From: a virus
Lineage: Duplodnaviria > Heunggongvirae > Uroviricota > Caudoviricetes
Length of the DNA stretch: 64,000 bases
IMG/VR virus record: IMGVR_UViG_3300033463_000001
Location: 32,001-96,000 of that record
Direction: 5' to 3' (one strand)
Position numbers and translations under genes: made by a program. Of the stretch, positions 54,177-64,000 are shown in pieces. Within the stretch, counting starts at the first letter, position 1. Each line of letters opens with the position of its first letter. The notes beneath the pieces are model-generated. The model saw only the letters and a list, made by a program, of their open reading frames with translations. It did not search any database and was not told the DNA's origin.

Positions 54177-55146
54177 CCAATACGACATAATAAAAAGAGT
54201 TGTCGACGAGGCGCTTGTGCATGTTTTACACGAAGACTGCGGAGGTGCCACGACGACTTTCTTTGTTGGTGGAGAGGGTGGATTTGCATACGATAAAAAC
54301 GCATTACCACAAACAAAAGACCCGGCATACGTCCATCGCAAAAAAGGTGGTATAGCATGTGACAGAATTGATTCCGGAAAGACAACTGTAGAGGAGTCCA
54401 CAATACCACTAAAAGACGTGGTGGATAAATACTATCAAGATGCAGATGAACAGGGAATTATTGCTGCACTTGATTTAGACCCAACGTCACCAACTGGTGC
54501 ACAATTTAAGCGTACTCCGGACGGAGAGATGGTACTTGACATAGAAGCATCTAAGAAAGGTAGATTTTTCGCTTGGATAATGAAAAACTACGAAATCTAC
54601 TGTGACGATATGATGTGGTGGGAGGACGACCTTAAAGATGCCTTGAGTAAATTCGTAAAAGCGTGCCAGGTGAACTATGACGGTATTGACAGGGATATTA
54701 ACAAATATTCAATTCCAGGTCTCATAGACACCATGTTCGCTATCGACCCTTCTGATTTACAAACTAAGAGCGAACGCTGTGAACAGTTTAAAACGCTATA
54801 CGAGGATGACGAATGGGTTATCTACAAACCACTAACTCATGATGCAGCGCGCTTCCTTGGACACGGTTCACGTTGGTGCACTTCAGCCGGTGATAACGGA
54901 ATCCATAAAGGTACGGAATCATTCAACGCATACGCAGAACAAGGCGGTATATACATCAACATGGATAAACGGACAGATGCGCTTTATCAATTTAATTTCA
55001 CATTTGGTGAATATCGCGACTCAGAAAATACAGAAATCATCCCTAACGAACGTGATTTCACAAAGATAGCGCAAAAAATAGGCATGCCAGAAGGTGCATT
55101 CCAATGGTACATGAATAACATTACAGAACTGCAGAGTTCGAAATGA
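54166..55146 (+). CDS. conserved jumbo-phage protein
   Basis: YEDDEWVIYKP.T..AA..LG.GSRWCTS...YQF domain; N-terminal VVDEAL. Confidence 0.82.
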   Translation: MPTNQYDIIKRVVDEALVHVLHEDCGGATTTFFVGGEGGFAYDKNALPQTKDPAYVHRKKGGIACDRIDSGKTTVEESTIPLKDVVDKYYQDADEQGIIAALDLDPTSPTGAQFKRTPDGEMVLDIEASKKGRFFAWIMKNYEIYCDDMMWWEDDLKDALSKFVKACQVNYDGIDRDINKYSIPGLIDTMFAIDPSDLQTKSERCEQFKTLYEDDEWVIYKPLTHDAARFLGHGSRWCTSAGDNGIHKGTESFNAYAEQGGIYINMDKRTDALYQFNFTFGEYRDSENTEIIPNERDFTKIAQKIGMPEGAFQWYMNNITELQSSK

Positions 55147-55178
55147 AATAACTATTAAACAAATAAACAAACAAGAAT

Positions 55179-55661
55179 ATGGAACAGACGAAAATCGTAC
55201 GCCTTACTGAAGAGGAGTTTGTAGGCGTTATCAAAGAATCAGTAATGGAGATTCTTGCAGAGAATGGTGTTGCCTTGAACGAAGACTTCTTCGACAACCT
55301 AAAGAGCGGTGCAAGGGCTTTCTTCGGAAAAGGACCTGGTGATAATAACGCCACATCCAAAGCTGCTCGCACTCAGTCTGGAGGCCTGAACCTTAAAAAG
55401 CGTTTCGACGCAGCAAAAACTGGTTTTGAGATGCGTAAACAAGGTGACGAAATTGGGCAGGTTGTTCAATTCCTGAAAGATTTGGTTGCAAAGAAAGAGC
55501 TTGACCCATCGTTCACTATCGCCCAGTTGATTGGTGGCAAGTTGAATGGTAACAAGTTTGGTGTTCTTGACGCAATGAAAAACAACCGTTCTGCGCAAGC
55601 TTCGAGGGCAATCAACAAAATCTACCCGAAAGTAGAAAAACAAGCAGCTCCTCAAGCGTAA
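55179..55661 (+). CDS. hypothetical protein with N-terminal ES motif
   Basis: IVRLTEEEFVGVIKESVMEILAE..LNE. Confidence 0.82.
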   Translation: MEQTKIVRLTEEEFVGVIKESVMEILAENGVALNEDFFDNLKSGARAFFGKGPGDNNATSKAARTQSGGLNLKKRFDAAKTGFEMRKQGDEIGQVVQFLKDLVAKKELDPSFTIAQLIGGKLNGNKFGVLDAMKNNRSAQASRAINKIYPKVEKQAAPQA

Positions 55662-55705
55662 TCTTACGCTTACTAACGAATGAACCGGATGGCTGGATTT
55701 CCAAC

Positions 55706-56107
55706 TCATCCGGTTTTTCTTTTCTTATCTGGGAGGTATTTGATGTGTGGATACGTACTTTGGATACCCAACTTATATTTTTTATTGAGGACAGTTTTAG
55801 CTATCCAAAACAGCCCACAATGTTGGAATGAACCACCAATTGGCTCTATTGTTGAATAGACATAGTAGTGAATCATTTCATGCACAAGAACGCTACGGAA
55901 TGATTCTTCATCGAAATCCACATTGTAAGCGATAAATATGGTAGCGTCATAAAGTTTATGCGTTTCCTTATCGCGCTTACATTTAAACATGCCAACATCC
56001 TGGAACCCATCAATTAGACGGAATTTTGGCATCTCTAGTGTGTCTCTGAAATAAAGGTGATTATACTCTTTGAATTTATCCCTTAATAATCTGATTGTAA
56101 CGTCCAT
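55706..56107 (-). CDS. SprT-like zinc metalloprotein
   Basis: YN.LYF..L.P...VLVHEMIH...HC..F. Confidence 0.82.
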   Translation of the reverse strand: MDVTIRLLRDKFKEYNHLYFRDTLEMPKFRLIDGFQDVGMFKCKRDKETHKLYDATIFIAYNVDFDEESFRSVLVHEMIHYYVYSTIEPIGGSFQHCGLFWIAKTVLNKKYKLGIQSTYPHIKYLPDKKRKTG

Positions 56108-56137
56108 AACTACTATCCGATTTCAAGATTAAACACG

Positions 56138-56488
56138 TTAATCTTTATAGAATGCCGGGGCAGCTCCGAGGTACAACCTCTGCTTTAATGTCGTTGCATC
56201 AGTTTTATTCATTTTGAATTCAGAAGCAACCTCACCGATAATTGTACCACTCAACGACTCTTTAATTTTATGGTCATTGAATGGGATATAATAAACAAGA
56301 CCGCGATTAATGCGTTCTTCTTCTGGAAGGTGTGAATCTAGCGTAATTATTTCTTCACTACCACCACGTTTGCAGTATTTGCATGTCGTTGCAATATACT
56401 CGTCCAAATCCAGGCTAGGAGTTGACGCGGCGAACAATCGCCGTAATGCCTCCATCTCTGCCTCAAACCATTTCTTTCTACTTACCAT
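56138..56488 (-). CDS. hypothetical protein
   Basis: operon packing. Confidence 0.75.
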   Translation of the reverse strand: MVSRKKWFEAEMEALRRLFAASTPSLDLDEYIATTCKYCKRGGSEEIITLDSHLPEEERINRGLVYYIPFNDHKIKESLSGTIIGEVASEFKMNKTDATTLKQRLYLGAAPAFYKD

Positions 56489-56700
56489 TCTATTTTAAAT
56501 GTTAATGGGTCTTCTGTTATCTTATATCCATTCCATCTCGCTTGCATCCGGAGGATTGCCATATTGAGAAAATTCGTATTTTTCTTATCAATTTCTACTT
56601 CCCTTCGGCCGGTAAACGCGAGCATTGCGATTTGGTCAGAAATAGGTAGCACTACGCCTTGGCCAGATGCAAGTGCAGATGCTGTTTGTGCACTTATCAT
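56482..56700 (-). CDS. hypothetical protein
   Basis: overlap coupling. Confidence 0.7.
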   Translation of the reverse strand: MISAQTASALASGQGVVLPISDQIAMLAFTGRREVEIDKKNTNFLNMAILRMQARWNGYKITEDPLTFKIEW

Positions 56701-57098
56701 AACGTCTCTAAAAAATTTTGATATTCAATTTCTTTTTGTTTGTAGAAGCTACTACCGAACAATTTTTCCATGAAACGTCCGATATATCCAATCTCATGCT
56801 TGTGGCGCTCAATTTCCAGTTTCTGTTTTTCTATAAATTCACTGATAAGCTTATCTTTCTCGTGATTTGCTTCGTAAAAATCCATTTGTATATCTCCAAT
56901 GTTTGTGAACTCCTTTACGACACCACAATGCACCCAAGGGCTTTTAATATATACAAATTGTCCATGAATCTTGTCAATATAGATTGCTGTAGTGCACTTG
57001 TCAATTAAAGCGCGAGTATTCTCGTCGAAGTCTCCATACGTCACAAACGTGACATTTTTCTTAATCGCCATGTCGGCGTTTGTTAAAATCAAAACCAT
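56697..57098 (-). CDS. hypothetical protein
   Basis: TATATTAG upstream; ATGA overlap. Confidence 0.75.
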   Translation of the reverse strand: MVLILTNADMAIKKNVTFVTYGDFDENTRALIDKCTTAIYIDKIHGQFVYIKSPWVHCGVVKEFTNIGDIQMDFYEANHEKDKLISEFIEKQKLEIERHKHEIGYIGRFMEKLFGSSFYKQKEIEYQNFLETL

Positions 57099-57146
57099 TT
57101 CTAAATGTTTGTCTTAGCTAATATAGTCCCTTTTATCCAAACACAT

Positions 57147-57172
57147 AAAAAAAGAGCGGCACAACACCGCTC
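57147..57172 (-). terminator. intrinsic terminator
   Basis: gagcgg-tgttgtg-ccgctc-tttttt on minus strand. Confidence 0.7.
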
Positions 57173-57177
57173 AATCT

Positions 57178-58266
57178 TCACTTTTTCATTTGCTCAACTC
57201 TCGCATGAGCAACCTTATTCACAATCTCATTGATTTCTTTCTGAGATAGATAATAGGTTTTCTGCTCTGTTACAGGCTCAAGAACGATTGCCTTTGCCGC
57301 ATTTTGGATGACATGGGACAACTCACCCCACTGGATGTACGGGAACTCTTTCACAATCTCAGTGTTAATCCATGTAACAGGTTCAACGCTACCATCCGGG
57401 TGACGTACAGTTGCAACGATGTACAGGATGTTGCTCATCAAGAACTGTTTATTAACAAGGTTCCTGTATGAGTTCAAATCGCTCATTTCTGCCTTGAACG
57501 ATGCCTCCTCCTCGGACACTTCAGCAACCGCCTTATCAACGGCCGGCTTGCCAAAGGAGCCAATCAAGAACTTCATCATTTCCTTATCAAGCTTTTCAAG
57601 CTCACCGTTTTCGTCAGCGAAATACCATTGGCTGCTCTGAAGGTTCTTACTATCTGATGCAAGATTCTGACGGGCAGCAATCTTATTTGCGTCATCTATA
57701 TTTGCATAGAATCCACCACCGAGGTAGTTCTGATATTTTGAACCATTGTTTGCATATCGAGGGTCAGTTACCCTACGCTCTCCGGTTCCACCATAGTTAT
57801 GACGCCAGTCGTCGTCTTTATACTCACTAGCATCTTTGCCGAACCCATGACGGCGCCTAATGTCGAGCTCCTGATTGGTTGCGTTTTCGAAATCTTTTGC
57901 AAGACTCTTGTCGTCGCGCCAGTTAATTTTGTAGCTACCAATTTTTACAATGTGACCATCACCGATATCAAACGGAGTGGTCGCCCTTGACCCTGCTAGC
58001 GCCTGTTGGTATTTCTCGCTATCACGAACCTTGCCAAGTGCCTGGCCGAATTTCGTTTGACCATTGGCGTATGTGCCAAGTTTCTCGTCGTTGTCCTTGT
58101 TGACATACTTCTGAGTCTTAGAGCCATACTTAAACGTGTGGGATGAGAGGCTGTTAGAGTCCTCGATGTACCCAAGGTGAACGAATTGGCCGGGGATAAT
58201 TTCGTTGGTGTTGAAATTCCATTGGCCAGTCAAAATCGTGCGTTCTTTTGCTTCTTCTAGTGTCAT
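57178..58266 (-). CDS. hypothetical protein
   Basis: 362-aa ORF, TATTTAT upstream, C-terminal LSQKEINEIVNKV. Confidence 0.85.
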   Translation of the reverse strand: MTLEEAKERTILTGQWNFNTNEIIPGQFVHLGYIEDSNSLSSHTFKYGSKTQKYVNKDNDEKLGTYANGQTKFGQALGKVRDSEKYQQALAGSRATTPFDIGDGHIVKIGSYKINWRDDKSLAKDFENATNQELDIRRRHGFGKDASEYKDDDWRHNYGGTGERRVTDPRYANNGSKYQNYLGGGFYANIDDANKIAARQNLASDSKNLQSSQWYFADENGELEKLDKEMMKFLIGSFGKPAVDKAVAEVSEEEASFKAEMSDLNSYRNLVNKQFLMSNILYIVATVRHPDGSVEPVTWINTEIVKEFPYIQWGELSHVIQNAAKAIVLEPVTEQKTYYLSQKEINEIVNKVAHARVEQMKK

Positions 58267-58298
58267 ATATAAACAATTTTTTTACTATCAATAAATAC

Positions 58299-59189
58299 CT
58301 ATTTTACTTCGATTTTCTGAAGAGCTTCGAATAAACGGTCTGTTTTGTTGCCTACCCTGATAAGTTCATAGGAACCGTCGTCTTTCAAGTGGATAATACG
58401 TCTGCCAAGTACAGGTATTCCAAGTCCCTTCTCAATTGGAATTTGATAAGCAGCGAGTTGCAATTCATAATGTGAAAACGCCTCATCTACCATATCATCG
58501 AATGGAAATAACAATGTATTGTTGTTCACCCTATTATAGTCACTGTATAGAGTGTCATTCGTCTTGTAGTCCATAATAACAACACCATCTTTCCCGGACA
58601 CAGGGTCTTCATAATACATCATTAAATCGAACATGCCTGCGTACGGGTATATTCCATTTATTTTAGCAGAATACACCTTCGTTTCCACTAACATTGGATA
58701 TAAACCTGGTGTTTGCATTATATCATCCCAAAATTTAATTGCGGCCAACTCTTTACCTGAGTTCGGAACGAAAAAGCCTTTCTCAAGCTGTCGTTTAAAC
58801 ATCGGGAGGATTTTATCATCCTGACATGTGTAATGGTAATAACATGACTCGGCGAACTCATGCACATGTGTTCCGCTGTTCGTAGCAATAACGTTTTTCA
58901 GCGTCCACCACTTTGTTACAGTATCAACACTAACATGATTCTTCTTCGCAAAGTTCTTTTTAATCTTATCCCAGTCTGGCTGCGATTGGAACATATGAAT
59001 CATGCTTGTTACGGGTACCAACTCAACACCATTCAGCAAGTATTTATGAGAACCCTCTATGAAGATGACATCCCCATATGCTTCGACGATTGCGTCTCGG
59101 TATTTGTAAAAATTCTCCGACAGTTCTTTTGTTTTATTCAACTTTCGGATTTCAGCTTCTGTCATCAGCTCTAGATTTTCCTTTGCCAT
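58299..59189 (-). CDS. PD-(D/E)xK exonuclease
   Basis: F.EGSHKY...VT...GTHVH...E...AGMFDL...IMDYKT...YELQLAAY. Confidence 0.85.
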   Translation of the reverse strand: MAKENLELMTEAEIRKLNKTKELSENFYKYRDAIVEAYGDVIFIEGSHKYLLNGVELVPVTSMIHMFQSQPDWDKIKKNFAKKNHVSVDTVTKWWTLKNVIATNSGTHVHEFAESCYYHYTCQDDKILPMFKRQLEKGFFVPNSGKELAAIKFWDDIMQTPGLYPMLVETKVYSAKINGIYPYAGMFDLMMYYEDPVSGKDGVVIMDYKTNDTLYSDYNRVNNNTLLFPFDDMVDEAFSHYELQLAAYQIPIEKGLGIPVLGRRIIHLKDDGSYELIRVGNKTDRLFEALQKIEVK

Positions 59190-59289
59190 GGTTGTTACGT
59201 TTTACGTTGCTAATATAGTCCTTTTATTCGGAATCATATGGTTTTTACGTGTAAAAAGGTATTTATAGTTAGTAACAAAAGAACTAGAA

Positions 59290-59985
59290 ATGGCAAATAC
59301 AGCAAAATTCACACAGGAATTGTTAGATGAAATGGTAGCCCGCTCTCTGGAGAAATATCGTATCAAAGAAGGATATGGTGAACAAGATAAAAAATGGGGT
59401 GATTTAAAGAACCAGGTTGTTGGCCGTATCAAAGATGCATTCCATGGCGTAGAGCAGGAACCACAAGGCACATCACGCAACGTAGGTCAAACGCTTGGTA
59501 ACTACGTAAAAGACAATTTCGGTAAAGACCAAGGATTCGGTTTGAAGAAGAAATTGCGCCAAGGTAAACGTGCATTGCAAGTTGGTGCCGGTGCCCTCGG
59601 AGCTGCAACAATTCCGGCGGCAGCTGCTGCTGGTAAAGTAACACGTGCAATCCAACAAACTCCGAATAAAGCGCGCGAAATTCTTCACAATATTATCGGC
59701 GAGGACGAAGAGAAATTGACAAACTGGACTGTTCCTACAGAGTACACACACTTTGCAATACGTAAACGCGATAACAAAATCGTAAACGGATGGGATTATA
59801 GTGATGTAGAACCTGAACAATTGCGCCAATTCCCGCGTGATTATTTCACAGTAGACCTTGAAGATATGGGCGTCGACCCGAAACTATTTAAAATTGCAAC
59901 GAAGAGAGGCTGTCTCAGCAAACTCGGCATCGACCCGTTTGACCCTGAGAACTGGAGCAACCTTTCTGCCGAAGATGTATTATAA
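59290..59985 (+). CDS. hypothetical protein with N-terminal targeting-like motif
   Basis: FTQELLDEMVARSLEKYRIKE. Confidence 0.8.
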   Translation: MANTAKFTQELLDEMVARSLEKYRIKEGYGEQDKKWGDLKNQVVGRIKDAFHGVEQEPQGTSRNVGQTLGNYVKDNFGKDQGFGLKKKLRQGKRALQVGAGALGAATIPAAAAAGKVTRAIQQTPNKAREILHNIIGEDEEKLTNWTVPTEYTHFAIRKRDNKIVNGWDYSDVEPEQLRQFPRDYFTVDLEDMGVDPKLFKIATKRGCLSKLGIDPFDPENWSNLSAEDVL

Positions 59986-59997
59986 GTTTAAACACAG

Positions 59998-60594
59998 ATG
60001 AGTAAATATCTTGTTATCCTAGACAATGGACACGGGAAGAACACTCCAGGCAAGTGTTCGCCCAAAGATTCTGATGGTAACCAAATCTTTGAGTGGTACT
60101 ATTGCAGACTTATCGCAAATGCGGTTAAAAAAAGACTTGAGGCTAAAAACATCGCGACCTATCTCACTGTTCCGGAAGATGTAGATGTTGCACTGTCAAC
60201 ACGCGCAAGCCGGGCTAACAAACAGATTGCGCTTGCAAAGAACAAAGGCATGAAATCAGTTATGGTTTCAATACACCTGAACGCTGCAGGCACTGGAGAT
60301 TGGAAGAAGGCTACAGGCTGGGAGGTTTGGTCTACTACGTCTAAAAACAACAGTGACAAACTTGCTGATTGTTTCTGTAACGCGTTCAAAGATATTTTCC
60401 CGAAACAAAAACTGCGCGGCGCAAAAGAGAAGAACTTCACTGTTATCTTCAAAACAAACTGCCCATGCGTATTGACGGAGAACTTCTTCATGGACAGTCA
60501 AGACGACTACAAATTACTACAATCAACCGAAGGTTTCAATCAAATTGTTGAATTACATGTACGTGCATTGCTAGATTATATGGCAAAAAACTGA
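59998..60594 (+). CDS. N-acetylmuramoyl-L-alanine amidase (Amidase_3), probable endolysin
   Basis: ILDNGHG, E, SIHLNA, CVLTENFFMD. Confidence 0.93.
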   Translation: MSKYLVILDNGHGKNTPGKCSPKDSDGNQIFEWYYCRLIANAVKKRLEAKNIATYLTVPEDVDVALSTRASRANKQIALAKNKGMKSVMVSIHLNAAGTGDWKKATGWEVWSTTSKNNSDKLADCFCNAFKDIFPKQKLRGAKEKNFTVIFKTNCPCVLTENFFMDSQDDYKLLQSTEGFNQIVELHVRALLDYMAKN

Positions 60595-60597
60595 TTA

Positions 60598-61146
60598 ATG
60601 GCACAAGTTTGTTTTATTGTAGCAATGCTGACAATTGTGTTTTATTATGCATTTTTGTCAAGCAATTTTCAACTGCCGGCGTCGTTTTGCGCCGGTGGTT
60701 CTTTAATGAGGCGTAAGTTCGGTAGGTTTACATTCATACCAAACATTGTTCTTGCTATCATTACAGCGTGTATGGTACCACCTGCGTTACTTATAATCTC
60801 GCACGTCACAACTTGTTTGCTTCTACAGTTTTTGCTATATTGCATCGCTGCAGTCACGTTTATATCATTCATGTTCGTAGCGTGTACGATAGGAGTAAAT
60901 AAAGTTAGCTCAATACATGAGATTCTTGGAACAGCCGGTGAATCATTCCTATGGCTATGGGCAATTCTTGTATCGTTTTATTTCGGAACGGTGTTGATAT
61001 CTCTTGCGACGATTGGTATCATCTTTTCATTACACAGTATCCATAAGGAACAGTCTAGAAAGATGATGCGCTATCTATTCTGGAGGGAAGTAGCGGCTTA
61101 TGCCGTCTATTTTGTGACAAACGCTTGCATTTTGGCTATTTTGTAG
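60598..61146 (+). CDS. multi-pass membrane protein (holin candidate)
   Basis: 5-6 hydrophobic segments, directly after amidase. Confidence 0.6.
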   Translation: MAQVCFIVAMLTIVFYYAFLSSNFQLPASFCAGGSLMRRKFGRFTFIPNIVLAIITACMVPPALLIISHVTTCLLLQFLLYCIAAVTFISFMFVACTIGVNKVSSIHEILGTAGESFLWLWAILVSFYFGTVLISLATIGIIFSLHSIHKEQSRKMMRYLFWREVAAYAVYFVTNACILAIL

Positions 61147-61173
61147 TATTTATTGGTAGTAATTAGCACAAAA

Positions 61174-61791
61174 ATGATTTTAACAGAAAACGACTGGAAG
61201 ACGATATCCGAGCGAGTGGTGAATCGAATCAACGAATCAATGAGTCGCGACGACATCATGCGTGCCGTTGAGCGTCTTAGCAGGTCACAAGGTAAATATG
61301 GACGCCTGCTGCAATTCTTGAACAGCGGCTCAGAGGATGCAGAACTTGTACTGCAAGACCTTGAAGACCAATGTTTCCCTGATGTTGTGTCGATGGTTAT
61401 GTATATTGAAGAGAGTAAAAAGGCAACAAAAGGCCAACAGCTCACAGAAGCGAGTACCATTGATGTGAACCAAGGCATATGGGATGAGTATGATATCCCA
61501 TGGAACGAAGTTGATGATGAACCGGAGAGGTACAATGGTATTTGGTATATCTCTGTAGAGTTCTTCGATTATACAGCATTCCTTGGTGAAATTGATATCG
61601 ATAGACAGTTCGGTACTCTTAAAGACTGTTTGGATTTTGCACAAACAATCGATAGAGAAATGATATTTGATATTTGCAATGAAGAAATCTCAGACGAAGG
61701 ATTTACGTCAATTTCATTGAACATCAACTGTCAGGAAGAGCGCGCTACATATGAAGTAGCAAATACAAAGCTTTTCGTACCGAATAAGTAA
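61174..61791 (+). CDS. hypothetical acidic protein with N-terminal ES motif
   Basis: MILTENDWKTISERVVNRINES. Confidence 0.8.
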   Translation: MILTENDWKTISERVVNRINESMSRDDIMRAVERLSRSQGKYGRLLQFLNSGSEDAELVLQDLEDQCFPDVVSMVMYIEESKKATKGQQLTEASTIDVNQGIWDEYDIPWNEVDDEPERYNGIWYISVEFFDYTAFLGEIDIDRQFGTLKDCLDFAQTIDREMIFDICNEEISDEGFTSISLNINCQEERATYEVANTKLFVPNK

Positions 61792-61796
61792 TGACA

Positions 61797-61830
61797 AAAA
61801 AAAAGAGGGGTTAATTAAACCTCTCTTTTT
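61797..61830. terminator. bidirectional terminator
   Basis: aaaaagagggg-ttaattaa-acctctcttttt. Confidence 0.65.
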
Positions 61831-62123
61831 TCTTTCTCACTTTCTTGCGCTTTCTCAATCGACATCTTCAATTGTTCTTCCGAAACGACGCCTATCAGTT
61901 TCAATAGGACTTCATCATCGTTATCGTCCGGAAGCATAACAAGCGTAGGTATGTTCTTGATTTCGTACTTACTGACTAATTCATCAGTTTTTTCGTCGTC
62001 GATATCAAACTCTGTAAAGGATACTTTTTTGAAACCATCCCAGGAAGCTCGCAACGACTCAATACGTTTTGCCAATTCCGAACACGGCTGGCACCATATT
62101 GCCGAAAATTTCAGGATTCTCAT
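61815..62123 (-). CDS. trxA: thioredoxin
   Basis: KFSAIWCQPC...IKNIPTLV. Confidence 0.88.
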   Translation of the reverse strand: MRILKFSAIWCQPCSELAKRIESLRASWDGFKKVSFTEFDIDDEKTDELVSKYEIKNIPTLVMLPDDNDDEVLLKLIGVVSEEQLKMSIEKAQESEKEKREV

Positions 62124-62833
62124 TGAACAAGCGAGTTTTTCTGCAAATCCGCAACCCAGTTATTCAAGAAAGCATTAAAATCTCCGGAGCGCATCTTCTC
62201 TGCTTTGAACGCATCAAACAGGTTACGCATTTCCTGGCCTTGCTTTGTGAATATCTCCTCACCATCCTTACTCTTTACAGAAATAAAGTTCTCATCGTCG
62301 TCTATGAATACACTTCCGTTCTCTAAGTCGTATTGGCCACTGATTGACTCTGCACCGATACTCTCTTTGAGGATATGCTCATACTCGCTACCAACGACGC
62401 GTTTGAACGTACTTTCGCTGACAATCACCTCACGCGGAGTATGTTTCTTCTGAACGTTTTCGTTTTTCGTCATGTCGCAAAGGTAGATACAAACATTCAA
62501 CTCATGAATGAATCCTTCAACAACACTTCGTACACCGATATACTTAGCATCAGAGATGTGACCATAGTATTGATATACGTCTTGCAAAAGTTCTGCTAAG
62601 AACTCGTTGAGCTTTATTGCCTTCGGAAGCTCTTCCTTAATATCACCCGGTTGGATTTTTCCGTATAGAGTCTGCAGCTCTTCTGCAAGAGAGTCCTCGA
62701 AACCGTATAGTTTATCTGTTACGTCATCACAGAGTTTATGCAAACTCATGTTAGAAGCATCCCAATGGAGCTCTTTAATCCTAATTTTGTAACCTGCAAG
62801 CTTATTCAAAAGCTTAGATGCGTTTTCTTCCAT
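62120..62833 (-). CDS. ferritin/Dps-like (DUF5856-like) protein with C-terminal extension
   Basis: KELHWDA..MSLHKLCD...FEDSLAE helix bundle; internal VIVSESTFKRVV..ILKES. Confidence 0.65.
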   Translation of the reverse strand: MEENASKLLNKLAGYKIRIKELHWDASNMSLHKLCDDVTDKLYGFEDSLAEELQTLYGKIQPGDIKEELPKAIKLNEFLAELLQDVYQYYGHISDAKYIGVRSVVEGFIHELNVCIYLCDMTKNENVQKKHTPREVIVSESTFKRVVGSEYEHILKESIGAESISGQYDLENGSVFIDDDENFISVKSKDGEEIFTKQGQEMRNLFDAFKAEKMRSGDFNAFLNNWVADLQKNSLVQ

Positions 62834-62898
62834 TTTTTGAAATTGTTTATCTTTAAATAAATAGTCTTTCGGTGTATTTATAGGTGACAACATTTGCT

Positions 62899-63234
62899 AT
62901 GAGAGAAGTAGTTATCACACAACATCAATATAACGCTTTGCTTAACGAGGCTGTATCTATGCTTCCGGAGCGTGTTAAACAGATAGTAGCCGCCTTAGAC
63001 TCGAATTTCATGGTCAATAGAGACAAGAATTCGCAGGATTATGGGGCTGTGTATCGTATTGATTCTAGTGGACGCGCTATCGCTAAAGTTGATGATGTTG
63101 AAGTATTTTACAAACTACAGGGACTTTGTCAAACTATTGCAGATAAGGCAACCAGAGATAGCCTTCTTAAAAAAGTCATAAAGGACTGGTATGCCGGCTC
63201 AATTAAAGGCTCTCTGATGTCTGTTGCTCTTTAA
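62899..63234 (+). CDS. hypothetical protein with N-terminal motif
   Basis: [18 protein letters not shown]. Confidence 0.75.
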   Translation: MREVVITQHQYNALLNEAVSMLPERVKQIVAALDSNFMVNRDKNSQDYGAVYRIDSSGRAIAKVDDVEVFYKLQGLCQTIADKATRDSLLKKVIKDWYAGSIKGSLMSVAL

Positions 63235-64000
63235 TAGCCTTGCGGCGCTTTGAAGCTACACGGACTTTGATTGTGTCATTGTCAATGTATGCTTCAAATT
63301 TTTTTGCACTACCGTTAAGGAGGATTTCATCAACAAGCTTCTCTTCAACCTCAGTTTCTATTTTGCGAATAATCGGCCTTGCTCCCATTTTGCGTTCTTT
63401 CTTATCAAGCGCCGCGAGTTTTTCGATAACACCATCTCCAATTGCAAGCGTATAGCCTTTCTTCGAGATTCGCTCAATGAATTTGCTTACCTCAAGGTTA
63501 GTAATCCTCTTGATATCATCATCACTAAGACTGTTGAAGTACATAATTGAATCCAGGCGGTTTATAAACTCCGGTTTGAAGTACTTCTTCACACTACTTT
63601 CGATAATCTCCTTATTGCGTTTCTCAACTGTATCTACGTCATTTTCATAGCCGATACCATACATTCCGTTGTTTACTGACGCGGTACCAATGTTTGACGT
63701 TAGGATAATGAAACAATTCCTGAAGTCGACTGTACTACCAATACCATCTGTCAACCGGCCATCATCAAACACTTGAAGGAATACATCGAAAATATCTTTA
63801 TGTGCTTTCTCAACTTCATCAAGTAGAATAACGCAGTTTTTCTTCTGACTTACCTTAGACGTCAACTGTCCGCCGTTGTCATATCCAACATATCCAGGAG
63901 GCGCACCAATTAGTTTTGATACAGAATGCTTTTCGCTGTACTCTGACATATCGAAGCGAACCAACGCATTCTCATCTCCATACAGTTCCCTTGCAAGTTC
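63203..64000 (-). CDS. Clp protease ATP-binding subunit (ClpA/B/C-type), C-terminal part
   Basis: [48 protein letters not shown]. Confidence 0.95.
   Translation of the reverse strand, partial: ELARELYGDENALVRFDMSEYSEKHSVSKLIGAPPGYVGYDNGGQLTSKVSQKKNCVILLDEVEKAHKDIFDVFLQVFDDGRLTDGIGSTVDFRNCFIILTSNIGTASVNNGMYGIGYENDVDTVEKRNKEIIESSVKKYFKPEFINRLDSIMYFNSLSDDDIKRITNLEVSKFIERISKKGYTLAIGDGVIEKLAALDKKERKMGARPIIRKIETEVEEKLVDEILLNGSAKKFEAYIDNDTIKVRVASKRRKAIKEQQTSESL

Noticed and set aside
60598-61791. TAG readthrough fusing the membrane protein to the next ORF
   Set aside because: They are in frame, but a TATTTAT motif and a good ATG with its own N-terminal motif lie between them, so independent genes are more likely
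1-64000. Genome-wide TAG recoding (code 15, as in Lak phages)
   Set aside because: Long genes are intact in code 11, TAG ends several well-packed genes (22930, 34377, 58299), and only one clear in-frame case exists

Overview
A 64-kb segment of a large (jumbo-type) lytic phage genome, most likely infecting Bacteroidota (Prevotella-like), read in the standard genetic code. The host call rests on 23 Bacteroidota-type TTTG-N~20-TAnnTTTG promoters, start codons without Shine-Dalgarno sites, and a PID-CTERM-like protein. There are three zones. (1) 0-12 kb: small genes and 20 tRNAs (a 21st is at 16.3 kb), several structurally odd. These are interleaved with structured non-coding RNAs, including a mimic of the 23S rRNA L11-binding (H43-H44) domain split by a 210-nt insertion, and about 1.6 kb of highly paired RNA on the strand opposite the tRNAs. 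(2) 13-41.5 kb: an early or host-takeover array of short genes built from repeated expression cassettes. Most cassettes have a 24-bp palindrome at fixed spacing upstream of a host-type promoter, and many have a covarying 5'-leader pseudoknot just before the ATG. (3) 42-64 kb: middle and late genes (PhoH, DUF2075 helicase, NDT-metallophosphoesterase fusion, ART-like protein, SprT, PD-(D/E)xK nuclease, amidase, thioredoxin, Clp ATPase) and many proteins sharing a candidate capsid-targeting motif. All calls come from reading motifs by eye; no searches were run.
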